Below are positions 43,348-52,804 of a DNA stretch of 64,000 bases, one piece after another. The DNA is from a virus. The notes beneath the pieces were generated by a model. It did no database searches, had not been told where the DNA came from, and saw only the letters and a list, made by a program, of their open reading frames with translations. The stretch's first letter is position 1. The number at the start of each line of letters is the position of its first letter. Location of the stretch: positions 5,093 through 69,092 of the IMG/VR virus record IMGVR_UViG_2867359821_000001; one strand, given 5' to 3'. The translations under genes were made by a program, and so were the position numbers.

Positions 43348-44640
43348 TCAGAGGATCGCGAGCGAGGCCAGGTCAAAGCCGTCTTCGGTCACATCGAAGA
43401 TGAGGGTGCCGGGCAGCGAGTCGCGGCCCTTGACGTTGCGATACCAGTCCGAGCCGCTGTCGAGCGTCGGGGCTCCGACCCAGAAGCGCTCGCGCTTGGT
43501 GAACGGGTTCTGGCCGGCGACGCCGGCGCCGAACGAGTGGTAGTGCGCGGTGACCATGACGTCGGCGCGGGTGACCGCCTGGTCGCCGAAGGTCTGCCCC
43601 TGCCACCAGTCGATGGCTTTACCGGGCGCGAACTGGTTGCCGTGGACGAGCCCGATCGGCGTGCCGGCGAAGTCGACGCAGAGCGACTCGTCGAACTCGG
43701 CGGGGAAGTGCCAGGTGGCGTCGATGCCGGCGATCTCCGCGGCCTGCTGCACGCGCTTGTGAGCGTGGATGCCCCAGTCGTCGGACGGGTTGCCGAGGTT
43801 CTGCTTGCCGTGCCGCCACGCGGCATGGTTACTCGAGACGACGCCCACTTCGATGTCGTCGACATGGTCTTTCGCCACGTGTACGAACTTCAGCAGCTCG
43901 GTCGCGTAGCAGGCGATCTGGTCGGGGAGTGACAGGTCGTTGGTGAACATCGGGTTGCCACCGGACTCGAAGCCCTCGATGCCGTCGCCGCCGTCGAGGA
44001 TAAGCACGGACTCGGGAGCGCGCTTGGCCAGCTCTTCGTCGACCTTGCGCCGTGCCTCCGTCAGGCGGGCGAGCAGCTCAGGGGTGCCACCGCGGCGGCC
44101 AGTCTTGCCGATCTGCCAGTCAGCCACCACGACCACGGTGGAGCGACCAGAGGCGGGTCCGCGGAGCACGGGCGTCACGCTCTCGGCAATCCTGCGTGCC
44201 TCGGCGTACAGCTGCTCGAGCGGGAGCGCCTCGGCCATCGCGATCCCGGTCTTCGGCCACGCGCTAATCTTGTTCGACGACTGGTCGATGCCATAGGCGA
44301 TCGTCCTGATTGCGAAGTTGTAGAGGTCCGGGTTATCGCCGGACGAGCGGACGAGTTCGCGCGCGTCCTCGAGGGTGACGGGGCGATGCCTGATGAACCG
44401 GAACTCCTTCCCCTTGTCGGTATCTTTGCTCTCGTTCTCCTCACCGGGCAGGAGGCCGTCGGCGCCGGGGGCCGCGGACGACGCGGTCAGGACGCCCGCC
44501 TCACGCGCCTTCCTGCGGCGAGACGAGACGTAGCCGGCGCTGGCGTTCCACTTCTCGCAGACGGCGTCACGGGTCAGCTCGTCGTCGAGCAGGTCGGCAT
44601 AGAACTCAGCGTTGTCCTCAAGGTCCGGTCGTGAAGGCAT
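43348..44640 (-). CDS. calcineurin-like metallophosphoesterase with N-terminal HTH-like region
   Basis: VVVADWQIG, LILDGGDGIEG, VSSNHAAW, GLVHGNQF, VTAHYHSF metallophosphatase motif order; 430 aa. Confidence 0.55.
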   Translation of the reverse strand: MPSRPDLEDNAEFYADLLDDELTRDAVCEKWNASAGYVSSRRRKAREAGVLTASSAAPGADGLLPGEENESKDTDKGKEFRFIRHRPVTLEDARELVRSSGDNPDLYNFAIRTIAYGIDQSSNKISAWPKTGIAMAEALPLEQLYAEARRIAESVTPVLRGPASGRSTVVVVADWQIGKTGRRGGTPELLARLTEARRKVDEELAKRAPESVLILDGGDGIEGFESGGNPMFTNDLSLPDQIACYATELLKFVHVAKDHVDDIEVGVVSSNHAAWRHGKQNLGNPSDDWGIHAHKRVQQAAEIAGIDATWHFPAEFDESLCVDFAGTPIGLVHGNQFAPGKAIDWWQGQTFGDQAVTRADVMVTAHYHSFGAGVAGQNPFTKRERFWVGAPTLDSGSDWYRNVKGRDSLPGTLIFDVTEDGFDLASLAIL

Positions 44641-44658
44641 TTCGTGTGGTCCCTCTCG

Positions 44659-44689
44659 TGGTCGATTAGCGCTCTAATCGCGTGGTCGT
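44659..44689 (-). promoter_or_regulatory. degenerate copy of promoter-like motif (GTGGTCGATTAGCGCTCTAATCGCG) upstream of phosphoesterase gene
   Basis: shares GTGGTCGATT...CTAATC with copy at 58617-58650. Confidence 0.3.
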
Positions 44690-44691
44690 GG

Positions 44692-45135
44692 TCAGGCGGA
44701 TTCGGGGGCCTCATGGGCGGGCAGCAGTGTGAGATGCCCGATACCCAGGCGGCGGAGGATGGGGAGGGGAAGCTCGGGCATCGGGCCCAGTCGCTTCTCG
44801 ATGTTGTTCCAGAGCCAGAGCCGGGTCTCGCGGGAACGGATGGCGTCGTTCATCTCGTGGGACTCCTGCTGGACGACGGCCAGCTTCGCGGCGAGATCGG
44901 TGACCTGCGTCTGTAGGTCTGCGACTGCAGCAGTGACTCGCTGCTGAACGACGCCTTCGACAAACTCCTGGAACTCGACCTGGCCGTTGAGGAAAGCGGT
45001 CGTGGCCGCCGATTCAGTCTTCGTCTCCTCGGTTTCCGCCTCCACCTTCTTTCCGCGGAACAGCAGCCACGCGCCGCCGAGGCCAACCGAGATGCTGCCG
45101 AGCACCGTCAGCGCAGTCCGAACAATCTCATCCAT
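44692..45135 (-). CDS. membrane-anchored coiled-coil protein (147 aa), lysis-associated
   Basis: MDEIVRTALTVLGSISVGLGGAWLLFRGKK TM then coiled coil; trimmed start ATG 45133-45135. Confidence 0.45.
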   Translation of the reverse strand: MDEIVRTALTVLGSISVGLGGAWLLFRGKKVEAETEETKTESAATTAFLNGQVEFQEFVEGVVQQRVTAAVADLQTQVTDLAAKLAVVQQESHEMNDAIRSRETRLWLWNNIEKRLGPMPELPLPILRRLGIGHLTLLPAHEAPESA

Positions 45136-45644
45136 TACGACACCTGGGCGATGGCTGCAGCGACGACCGCATCCTGCGCATCCTGCTTGCGCCGCTCGCG
45201 GTTGATGCGCCAGAGCGTCCACATGGGGAAGGCGAGCAGGGCGGTGAAAGCGCAGGCGACTACGCCGCGGTCCCCCACGCCCTGGAACACCAGCGTCCAG
45301 AGAGCTGCCGCGTAGCCCCCAAGGACGAAGAGCATCAGGAGCTTGCCGGCTCCCTCGAGGTACCAGAAGCGCGGGAAGATGAGCCCGAAGGCGGCGCTCA
45401 CCGATGCGACGAGGAGGGTCCAGGAAGAGATCGACGAGATCTCGGAGTTGAGGACGATGTCGAAGCTCGGCATGCCCAGCTTGATCGCGAGGATCGCCAT
45501 GACGATGAGCACGCCGTCGAAGTACGGCAGGACGTACCGCTTGAGTTCCGCGGACGTCGCGTCCCGATCCACGCCCGCGGGGATCGCATCTGGATGCCAG
45601 ATGGTGGCTCGGAAGATGCGTGCAGCCAGCACTTTGAGGATCAA
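45135..45644 (-). CDS. holin-like membrane protein (4 TM, 169 aa)
   Basis: four hydrophobic segments; immediately downstream of endolysin. Confidence 0.45.
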   Translation of the reverse strand: MILKVLAARIFRATIWHPDAIPAGVDRDATSAELKRYVLPYFDGVLIVMAILAIKLGMPSFDIVLNSEISSISSWTLLVASVSAAFGLIFPRFWYLEGAGKLLMLFVLGGYAAALWTLVFQGVGDRGVVACAFTALLAFPMWTLWRINRERRKQDAQDAVVAAAIAQVS

Positions 45645-45674
45645 GGTCTCACCTGTTTTCAGTCCTGCGGGTGG

Positions 45675-45715
45675 AAACGCAGGGGCGTTGGCGGCTGCCG
45701 AGCGCCCCTGCGTTT
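45675..45715. terminator. 13-bp perfect stem-loop AAACGCAGGGGCG...CGCCCCTGCGTTT between endolysin and holin genes (bidirectional A-/T-tract terminator candidate)
   Basis: seen directly; 15-nt loop. Confidence 0.5.
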
Positions 45716-45716
45716 A

Positions 45717-46412
45717 TCAGGCGTTCTTGATCTCGTCGACCTGCGCCTTGGTGGCGTCCCACGCCTTGGCGCCATTGAGCTTCGCGGCCTCCCATTCAGC
45801 CTTGGAGAGAGGGCGCTTCTTCCCGGTGATCGGGTGGATCACGTAGACGCGGTCGTACGGTGCTCGGTTGTAGACGTAGCTCGGTTCCATGTCGTCCTCC
45901 TCGGACTCGTCGGGCTTGGGTGCCGGCTTCGGAGCCGGCTTGGGGTTGAGGTGGGATCCGCTGCCACTGGAGGCGAACGCGGGGATGACCCAGGGGTTGT
46001 TGAAGTCGCCGACGTGCCACTGCTCGCGCGGCGAGACGAAGTCGACGCGGAGGCCGGCGAGGCGCATGAGCGCGGCGAAGCGGGCCCAGCCCATCTCGGC
46101 CCAGTTGTCCACGTCGATCGCGAAGACTTCCTGGTTGTGGTACCAGCCGCCGTGGCTCGACCATCCCGGCACCGCGGCTAGCTGGCCGAAGGCGTTGCGG
46201 TAGAGCTTCTGCGCGCTCAGAGGCCGGTAGCCGTTCCAGGTGTACTTCCCGGTACTGTTCTGCCCGGTGATGCGCAGGCGAACGCCGTACTTCTTGACGC
46301 CCTGCTGCACGGCCCAGTTCCAGCGTGCGAGCGTGCCGGCGGGCAGCCAGATGTTGTTCTGGACGTGGATCAGCTTGTGGAGGGGGACTTCGCCGTTGCG
46401 GTAGGCCATCAC
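45717..46412 (-). CDS. endolysin, M15 zinc peptidase family (D-Ala-D-Ala carboxypeptidase-like)
   Basis: SSHGGWYHNQEVFAIDVD and EQWH zinc-ligand motifs; Pro/Lys linker PKPAPKPAPKP; position before holin. Confidence 0.55.
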   Translation of the reverse strand: MMAYRNGEVPLHKLIHVQNNIWLPAGTLARWNWAVQQGVKKYGVRLRITGQNSTGKYTWNGYRPLSAQKLYRNAFGQLAAVPGWSSHGGWYHNQEVFAIDVDNWAEMGWARFAALMRLAGLRVDFVSPREQWHVGDFNNPWVIPAFASSGSGSHLNPKPAPKPAPKPDESEEDDMEPSYVYNRAPYDRVYVIHPITGKKRPLSKAEWEAAKLNGAKAWDATKAQVDEIKNA

Positions 46413-47086
46413 GCCACCTCGTATTCGAATGTCAGGTAGGCGTTGGTGCCCACGGCATGGGCGGCGCTCGTCGGATAGGTCGCGTTGACGTTGGTCCCGT
46501 GCGTGAGCGCCGATCCGACGACCTGGGGGAGACTGATGGTGAAGCTGCTTGCGCCGGTGTAGCGGGCGATGGCGATGTACGCCGTCGTGTTGTTCGCGAG
46601 GTAGAAGGACCCGTCGCCGAGGCTGCGTACCGACGTGGTGTCGAGCGGGGTGACAGGCAGGGAGACGCTGATGTTGCCCGAGGGCGAGCCGGCGCCTGTG
46701 CGCTGGATGCGGACACGGCCGCGGACCACCTTCCCTTCCTGTTCGTAGGAAGCGGTGACGGAGATCTGCGAAGCGGTGAGCCCGGTGACCGTCGGCGTGT
46801 AGGCGGTGCGGGGGCGGCTCTCGATGCTCCAGGCGCCGGCGGTGTAGCGCCAGGTCACGCCTGTCTCGACGACCAGCCAGCCGACCCCGTTACGGAGCTT
46901 CGGGGCGGCGAGGGCGAGGCGGTCGGCGTTGCTGCCGGTGTAGTAGCCCTGGCTGACGGCGATCTCCTCGACCATGTCGTCCAGGGCGTCATTGACCGCA
47001 GTGGCCATGGCGTTGAGGGTCGTCTGGATCGGGTTGACGATGGTTGTCTCGTCAGCCAGAGGGATCCCTCTCGGAGTGCTCGCCAT
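46409..47086 (-). CDS. minor tail / structural protein (225 aa)
   Basis: position between fibre genes and lysin; Thr/Ser/Gly-rich. Confidence 0.45.
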   Translation of the reverse strand: MASTPRGIPLADETTIVNPIQTTLNAMATAVNDALDDMVEEIAVSQGYYTGSNADRLALAAPKLRNGVGWLVVETGVTWRYTAGAWSIESRPRTAYTPTVTGLTASQISVTASYEQEGKVVRGRVRIQRTGAGSPSGNISVSLPVTPLDTTSVRSLGDGSFYLANNTTAYIAIARYTGASSFTISLPQVVGSALTHGTNVNATYPTSAAHAVGTNAYLTFEYEVA

Positions 47087-47089
47087 ACG

Positions 47090-47125
47090 TTCAACGCTAG
47101 ACGCGAATTTGGCGCTTAATTCTAG
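47090..47125 (-). promoter_or_regulatory. promoter-like motif copy (TTCAACGCTAGACGCGAATTTGGCGCTTAATTCTAG); TAGCGT 7 nt upstream of ATG (leaderless arrangement)
   Basis: seen directly. Confidence 0.5.
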
Positions 47126-47475
47126 AGCGCGGGAGGCATGTGAAACCAGCCGGTGAGCCAGACGTTCGCATTCTCCTTCGAGAGGAGCGCCGGGTTCACC
47201 GGGGTAACGCTCGTGCCCATGTAGAAGAAGATGTCGGCGTAAGCCAGCCCCACGCTCGCGCCAACGCGCACATTCGCCGCCGTGAATTGCTCATCGGGCG
47301 TCGCGTGGAACGAAGACACCTTTGCAGCGGTGAACGTGTAGTGGACGCGCAGCCGGTCGAGCTTCAGCTCCACGGAGGCGATCCCCGTGGACGTGTGGCC
47401 CGCGTCATTGATGGCTTGCCACGCTGTCGCGGAAACGCGACGAATGGTGCCCGAGATGTCGGGAAGATTGCTCAT
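47122..47475 (-). CDS. minor tail protein (117 aa)
   Basis: position downstream of fibre gene. Confidence 0.4.
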   Translation of the reverse strand: MSNLPDISGTIRRVSATAWQAINDAGHTSTGIASVELKLDRLRVHYTFTAAKVSSFHATPDEQFTAANVRVGASVGLAYADIFFYMGTSVTPVNPALLSKENANVWLTGWFHMPPAL

Positions 47476-47498
47476 GATTCTCCTTGGGTGGTGGGCGG

Positions 47499-50400
47499 CT
47501 ATGAGAACACCGGGGTGGCGGCGATGTAGCGGTCGCGCAGTACGACGGACTGGGTGCCGGTCGCGTTGGATACTCCGAACGTGGAGAAGTCCATGTCGAG
47601 TACGTAGGTAACGCCCGGCGTGGTGTCGATCCGCGTTCCGCCGCGCGCCTGCACCCAGCGCCGGGAGCCATCTGACTGCCAGGCTTGGAGGTCACGGGTC
47701 GGGCTCGCGTTGATACGGTGACCCGCGGTGGTCGCGGGCGTTCCGTTGATTCGCAGACCGACGAAGGGAACCACAACCGCGTTGGAGCTGGCGCTGTACG
47801 CGGTCGTCCATGCTTCACTGAAGTCGACGATGTAGACGGAGGCGACTGCAGTGAAGGTCAGGGTGCAGGTGTCGCTACTGTGCCTGGTGAATGCGGCCTG
47901 CGTACCTGCGGCCGACACTGAAGCGTTGTAGACGAGCGCATCCGAGTTCGCGACGCTCACCAGTCCGAATGCTGCGTTCGCCAGGGGCACCAGGGTGCCC
48001 GTGGCGGGGTTGCGCACCTCCATCCCGGTCGCGATGCCGTAGCCGATCCGCACGAGTTCCTGATTGCTCGCGTTGAGCGCGCGGAAGCCCTGGTTGGTCA
48101 TCTCCGTCCGGGCGCCCGATGCGGACGAGCGGATGAGAGCACCTGTGATCGTGTGTTTCGCGGTGATGGCGTTCGCATCGAGCTTGTCCACCGTGACCGC
48201 GTTGGCCGCGAGCTTGTCCGTGGTCACGGCCAGCGCGTCGAGCTTCACCGTACTAACGGCGCCAGCGAGGATCTTGTCGGCGGTGACCGCGTTGGCCGCG
48301 AGCTGCCCTGCCGTGACCGCCAGGGCCGCGATCTCGCGTGTCGTGATGGAGTTGATCACGAGCTTGTCGCCGGTGATCGTGTTGGCGAGGATCTCATTGG
48401 CCGTGACCGCGCCGGCGGCAATCTTCGCGGTGGTTACCGCATTGGCCTCGAGCTTCGCCGTGGTGACCGCCAGCGCGTCGAGCGTCCGCGTGGTGATGGC
48501 GCCGTCGACGATCAGTTCACCGGCGACCATCCGGCGGATCCGCACGTCGCGAACGCGAACGCGGGTGGTGGAAGGCATGTCGGCAAGAGTGAAGAAACCG
48601 ACTCGGACAGCGGTCGCCCCGGCCGGGATTTCGCGCTCGGCGGTGAAGGTCCCTGCCGTCGGCAGATCCATGAGGACCACCGCGCTGGCGCCATCGAACG
48701 CCAGGTTGACTCGTGCGGTCCCGACGGATCCGGCCACATTCTCGCGGGTCACGGTGAAGCGGAAGCGTTCGCCTGGAGTCACGGGGAAGCTGGTGCTTGC
48801 GTGGTACGCGCCTTGCTGCGTGCCTGTTCCGTTCTTCTCCAGTCCGCCGTTTGCCGGGGTCCATGGCGCATACCCCGCTGGGTTAGCAAAGGTGGGGTCG
48901 TTGAAGTAGTTCTGAAAGTCGGTGACCAGAAGCTTCTCAACGGAGACGGTGTTCGCCTCGAGGCGGTCGCCTTTCATCAGGCCGTACGTGCCGGAGCCGA
49001 TGTTCACCAGCGGCAGGTAGGTCTCGTCGAGGGTGCCCTTCACCCACGCGTCCCCACTCCATCGCCAGAAGGCGAGCAGCTTGCCACCGACGCCAAGGGA
49101 GGACCACTGCTCCCATGTGTCCTCCACAGCAGTGCCCACACCGGATGGCTCGGTGGTAGCCCGGTAGGTTTTGGACTTGCCGGATGCGGTCTCCTGGGCC
49201 TGGTTGGCGGTCGTTTGAGCGTTCCCGGCAGCGGTCTGCGCGGCGGTCGCGGTCGTCTGTGCTGCGTCGGCGGCGGCCTTGGCCTGCGAGGCGCGGAGCT
49301 GCGCCGCGTTTGCCTCAGAGAGGGAGACGCCGGCGAAGAGTTGCTTCGAAGTGCCGCCCGAGACCATGTAGTTAGCGAGCAGGAGAACCTTCGCCTGAGA
49401 CGTGGCGGGCGGGAAGGACGTGGTGGCGGCCCCGTCCGTGCTGAGATGTACCCCCTGGTAGGGAGCCGTAGCAGTGAGCTTCGTCCACTCGCCAGAGGCG
49501 TTGGGCACGACGGCTGCGCTGATGCCTGGCGCGTACATGAAGCTTCCGCCAGCCGCGTTGTTGCTGACCGGAGTTCCCGCCGGAGCGGCGGGAAGAGACC
49601 AGGGTGCGGGCAGTGTCACGGTGTTTCCACTGATGGCGCCGTTCGCGTAGACGACGAGGTTGCGGGTGTACTCGCCTGCCGCCCACTTCTTGCCCTTGCC
49701 GTCGACATAGTTCCACACAGCGAGGTAACTATTCGCCGGGGTCGAGCCATTGTGCCAACCCGCGGTGGAGGCGAGCTGGACGACGGTATCGCCAGGGTTG
49801 AGGGGGGCAGCGAGGACCGTTCGCGTGCCCGCCCGCTCGGAGTACTGGGGCACCGCGATGGCAAGTCCATCCACGTCATACGGCTCGAGGGCGAAGTACA
49901 CGCGAGAAGCGACACCGGGGTTAACCTGCTTCACCCAGGTCGAAGCGAGGAGGGGCTTCGATGGGTCGATAGGCACGAACTCATCCAGCTTGCGCGAGAC
50001 CGCTGTACTCGTCCCGGCGTAAAACGCTCCAGAAGTGCCCGTCGGCTGGTCGCCGACCTCGAGGGTGAACTGCGAGAAGTTCAGCGAGCCGAGGGCGGCG
50101 TCACCGTTGGTGATGAGGTCTGTGCCACGCGCCTTGATTGCATCTGCGTCAAGCTGCGCGGCGTCGGCGGCCGCCTTCGCGCTGTCGGCTTTCTGCTGGG
50201 CGGTGGACGCGGCGGTGGACGCGGCGACCGCGACGCCGGATGCAGTACCAGCGTCGGTGAGTGCTTGATCGATCTTGCCGTTGACCGCGTCCGAAATCTT
50301 CTCTTCAGTGATCGCACCGGCCTTGATGACTTCGGCCTGAATGGAGTCGAGCTTGAGGTTCCCGCCGTCGATGATGCGGCCGATGAGATCCGTGTCGACG

Positions 50401-51263
50401 GTCGGCTTGGTGGTGACGGGGACGCGATCGGACTCGAGGGAACGGTTGCCCGAAAAATCGACTGCTACGACGGCGTAGTGGAAGGTGGCGTTGTAGGCGG
50501 TCTCTGGGGCGACGATCGTGTCGACCCGGTCGATACGCCCGACGGGCACGGCCGTGCCGCCTGTCGCGGCGGCGTAGCGGAGCACCTCGCCGTGCGAGAA
50601 GTCAGCGGGCTGGGAGGCGCTCGTGGAGGTTCGCCCGGCCCAGGAGAGCAGCACCTGGCCTTGGCGAGACGTACCCGTAAGGGGCTCGGGCTTCGGTGGC
50701 GGCGTGGTGTCCTTAGCAAGCGTGAGTACGACGGGCGCCGAAAACTCGCCCGCGACGCCGGTGCCGGACACGGCGCGGATCTTGAATGCCCACTCCATCC
50801 CGGCGGGCAGGCCGAGCGCCTTCAGCTGCGGAGCGCCCTCGGTGCGAGGTTCCTCGGCGACATTCACCCACGACTCGCCGGCGACGTTGGGGCGCCCGAA
50901 CAGCTCGTAGCGAGCGATGCTCAGCGGGAGCCCGTCGACGTCGGAGTCGACCTGCGTGGAGGTCGCGAAGACGGTCGCTCGCGGGTAGCCGTACTCATCG
51001 AAGTAGGCATCTGACGTGGCGCTGGGCTCGGCGGGAGCTGCGGGCACGCGCGCGGCCTGCGCGAGCTGCTCCTGCTGGTCGGCGAGGCTGAGGTTCGCGT
51101 CCGCGAGCGCACGGCGCGTAGCGGCGGACCCCTGCTGTGCAGCCTTGCTGTTGGACTTCGCGATGGTCGCGTTGCGAGCCGCGAAGTCCAGGTTCTCCTC
51201 GACCTTGCGGCGCCATGCCTGCGACACGTCGTCCAGGTTGGAGTCGGGCCAGTTGATAGTCAC
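47499..51263 (-). CDS. tail fibre / receptor-binding protein (1254 aa)
   Basis: GTG start overlapping upstream stop (GTGA). Ala/Thr-rich coiled regions (AKAAADAAQ), 11-aa periodic repeats AVTTAKLEANAVTTAKIAAGAVT..., large size. Confidence 0.6.
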   Translation of the reverse strand: MTINWPDSNLDDVSQAWRRKVEENLDFAARNATIAKSNSKAAQQGSAATRRALADANLSLADQQEQLAQAARVPAAPAEPSATSDAYFDEYGYPRATVFATSTQVDSDVDGLPLSIARYELFGRPNVAGESWVNVAEEPRTEGAPQLKALGLPAGMEWAFKIRAVSGTGVAGEFSAPVVLTLAKDTTPPPKPEPLTGTSRQGQVLLSWAGRTSTSASQPADFSHGEVLRYAAATGGTAVPVGRIDRVDTIVAPETAYNATFHYAVVAVDFSGNRSLESDRVPVTTKPTVDTDLIGRIIDGGNLKLDSIQAEVIKAGAITEEKISDAVNGKIDQALTDAGTASGVAVAASTAASTAQQKADSAKAAADAAQLDADAIKARGTDLITNGDAALGSLNFSQFTLEVGDQPTGTSGAFYAGTSTAVSRKLDEFVPIDPSKPLLASTWVKQVNPGVASRVYFALEPYDVDGLAIAVPQYSERAGTRTVLAAPLNPGDTVVQLASTAGWHNGSTPANSYLAVWNYVDGKGKKWAAGEYTRNLVVYANGAISGNTVTLPAPWSLPAAPAGTPVSNNAAGGSFMYAPGISAAVVPNASGEWTKLTATAPYQGVHLSTDGAATTSFPPATSQAKVLLLANYMVSGGTSKQLFAGVSLSEANAAQLRASQAKAAADAAQTTATAAQTAAGNAQTTANQAQETASGKSKTYRATTEPSGVGTAVEDTWEQWSSLGVGGKLLAFWRWSGDAWVKGTLDETYLPLVNIGSGTYGLMKGDRLEANTVSVEKLLVTDFQNYFNDPTFANPAGYAPWTPANGGLEKNGTGTQQGAYHASTSFPVTPGERFRFTVTRENVAGSVGTARVNLAFDGASAVVLMDLPTAGTFTAEREIPAGATAVRVGFFTLADMPSTTRVRVRDVRIRRMVAGELIVDGAITTRTLDALAVTTAKLEANAVTTAKIAAGAVTANEILANTITGDKLVINSITTREIAALAVTAGQLAANAVTADKILAGAVSTVKLDALAVTTDKLAANAVTVDKLDANAITAKHTITGALIRSSASGARTEMTNQGFRALNASNQELVRIGYGIATGMEVRNPATGTLVPLANAAFGLVSVANSDALVYNASVSAAGTQAAFTRHSSDTCTLTFTAVASVYIVDFSEAWTTAYSASSNAVVVPFVGLRINGTPATTAGHRINASPTRDLQAWQSDGSRRWVQARGGTRIDTTPGVTYVLDMDFSTFGVSNATGTQSVVLRDRYIAATPVFS
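48160..48530 (-). repeat. about 33-bp periodic tandem repeats encoding 11-residue AVTxxKLxANx units inside fibre gene
   Basis: seen in DNA (GTGACCGCGTTGGCCGCGAGCTTGTC... repeated) and protein. Confidence 0.7.
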
Positions 51264-52804
51264 GCGGAGGCTCCGTTCATGGGGTTGGCGCTGAGTTCGC
51301 CTGCAGTGATGCCGGCCGGGTGGAAGTCGTTCCACTGCGCGGCGGTGCGGATGGTGGTGCGAGTGGCGAAGTCGAACATGGAGGACCACCAGGGCCCACC
51401 GCAGTGCTGCTCGGCCTTGAATGTGGCGCCGTCCGGGGCGTAGGTCACCGAGCGGATACGGAACAGGAGACCGTCAGCCACGAAGAAAGACCCCTCGAGG
51501 TTCCCGAGCGGGTGCGTAGCCGGGTCCTGCTGAGCTACCACTTCACCTCCGAAGAACGCCTCGGGAGTCGTGAAGAGCGTCTCGATCGTGCCGATAGTTC
51601 CGGTGATCGAGTACGTCGCAGAGGAGTGACGGGAGAGCAGCGCCTGTGCTGCGCGCCACGCCTGTTCGTACGAGTTCAGGAACGGCATCTCGACGATCGG
51701 CGCGACCTCCTGCGGCGCCCGATCGGCGCTCAGCCCGGTCGACATACGGAGCACGCTGCGCTGATAGAGCATCCCGGTGCCGTAGATGCGGAGCGAGGAG
51801 TAGTCCCCCTCGCTGGCCGTCATCGAGATTTGATACGGCGCGTACTGTTCGTCGCTCGGGCCCGTGATCGTGACCTTGATGCGGGATCCGCCGTCGAGCA
51901 GCTCGAGCTTCATGTCTCCGCCGCCCGCCTTCCACTGCGCGGCCTTGATCGGCAGGTTATCCTTGCCGGAGACGGCGTAGACCGAGGCGGAGCCGACGTA
52001 CTCTCGAAGCACGGAGTCGACCACGGAGGGCTGCAGGATGGAAGTGGCGCTAATTCCATAGGCGCCGGAGGTGTCCTCGTCGGGCGTGAGGTCGATGTTG
52101 TACTCGACGATCTCGTTGGCGTCGACCTGGAAGACCTGGACGTCCTCGTTCCAGCCGCCGACGGGGTAGATGAGCTGGTTCGCGGGTGCGAAGGTCTTGC
52201 TCCACGCCACCTCGACGTTCTGAGCCAGCTGACCTTCGCTCGCAGACCAGCTGTAGTCGGCGAAAGACCGCGCGCTAATGACGGAGCAGCCGGTGAGCGT
52301 GCGGAACGCGTACTTGTCGCCGATGAGGGAGAGGGCGATCTGTTGCGCGATGCACAGATCCTTCAGGTGGTCGAGGACGTTCCCTTCCCAGCCGATGTAG
52401 TTCACCGGCCGGGCGGATGCAGCGGCGGAGACAACGATGTTGGTGGTGATGCCGCACAGGCCGAGGTAGTAGAGGATTGCCCCTCGCAGCGTGCCGGAGT
52501 ACGCCTCCGCCGTGCGAGTGACGTTCAGCTTGGCGATCTTCGACAGCCCGGTCACGCTGGCGTTCACGCCGTTCCCGCTCCCCAGGCCCAGCTCGCCGGT
52601 GGTCGTACCCATCTCGGCGTCGCGAAGCGTGACAGGCTTCCCTTTCAGCACGCGGGTCGAGGGTGTCTCGGGCAGCGTGAAAGACATGGCGCCGGCGCCA
52701 CCTGTCGTGTCGCCAGGGATCAGCGGGGTGGAGTCAGCGACGACAGACCAGTCGCTCAGGTTGTGGTGCCAGACATCCCCGACCTTGACGTCGACGGCGC
52801 TCAC
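51260..52804 (-). CDS. tail-associated (Tal-like) minor tail protein (514 aa)
   Basis: position between Dit-like and fibre; size. Confidence 0.45.
   Translation of the reverse strand: MSAVDVKVGDVWHHNLSDWSVVADSTPLIPGDTTGGAGAMSFTLPETPSTRVLKGKPVTLRDAEMGTTTGELGLGSGNGVNASVTGLSKIAKLNVTRTAEAYSGTLRGAILYYLGLCGITTNIVVSAAASARPVNYIGWEGNVLDHLKDLCIAQQIALSLIGDKYAFRTLTGCSVISARSFADYSWSASEGQLAQNVEVAWSKTFAPANQLIYPVGGWNEDVQVFQVDANEIVEYNIDLTPDEDTSGAYGISATSILQPSVVDSVLREYVGSASVYAVSGKDNLPIKAAQWKAGGGDMKLELLDGGSRIKVTITGPSDEQYAPYQISMTASEGDYSSLRIYGTGMLYQRSVLRMSTGLSADRAPQEVAPIVEMPFLNSYEQAWRAAQALLSRHSSATYSITGTIGTIETLFTTPEAFFGGEVVAQQDPATHPLGNLEGSFFVADGLLFRIRSVTYAPDGATFKAEQHCGGPWWSSMFDFATRTTIRTAAQWNDFHPAGITAGELSANPMNGASA

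Noticed and set aside
48153-51014. 953-aa plus-strand ORF and other long plus ORFs inside fibre/TMP genes (for example 53712..54785, 51320..53239)
   Set aside because: Antisense shadows of tail fibre and tape measure genes; Arg/Gly/Asp-rich, no motifs
47499-51263. Diversity-generating retroelement targeting the fibre gene
   Set aside because: No reverse transcriptase ORF or template repeat anywhere in the window; the internal repeats are in-frame structural periodicity
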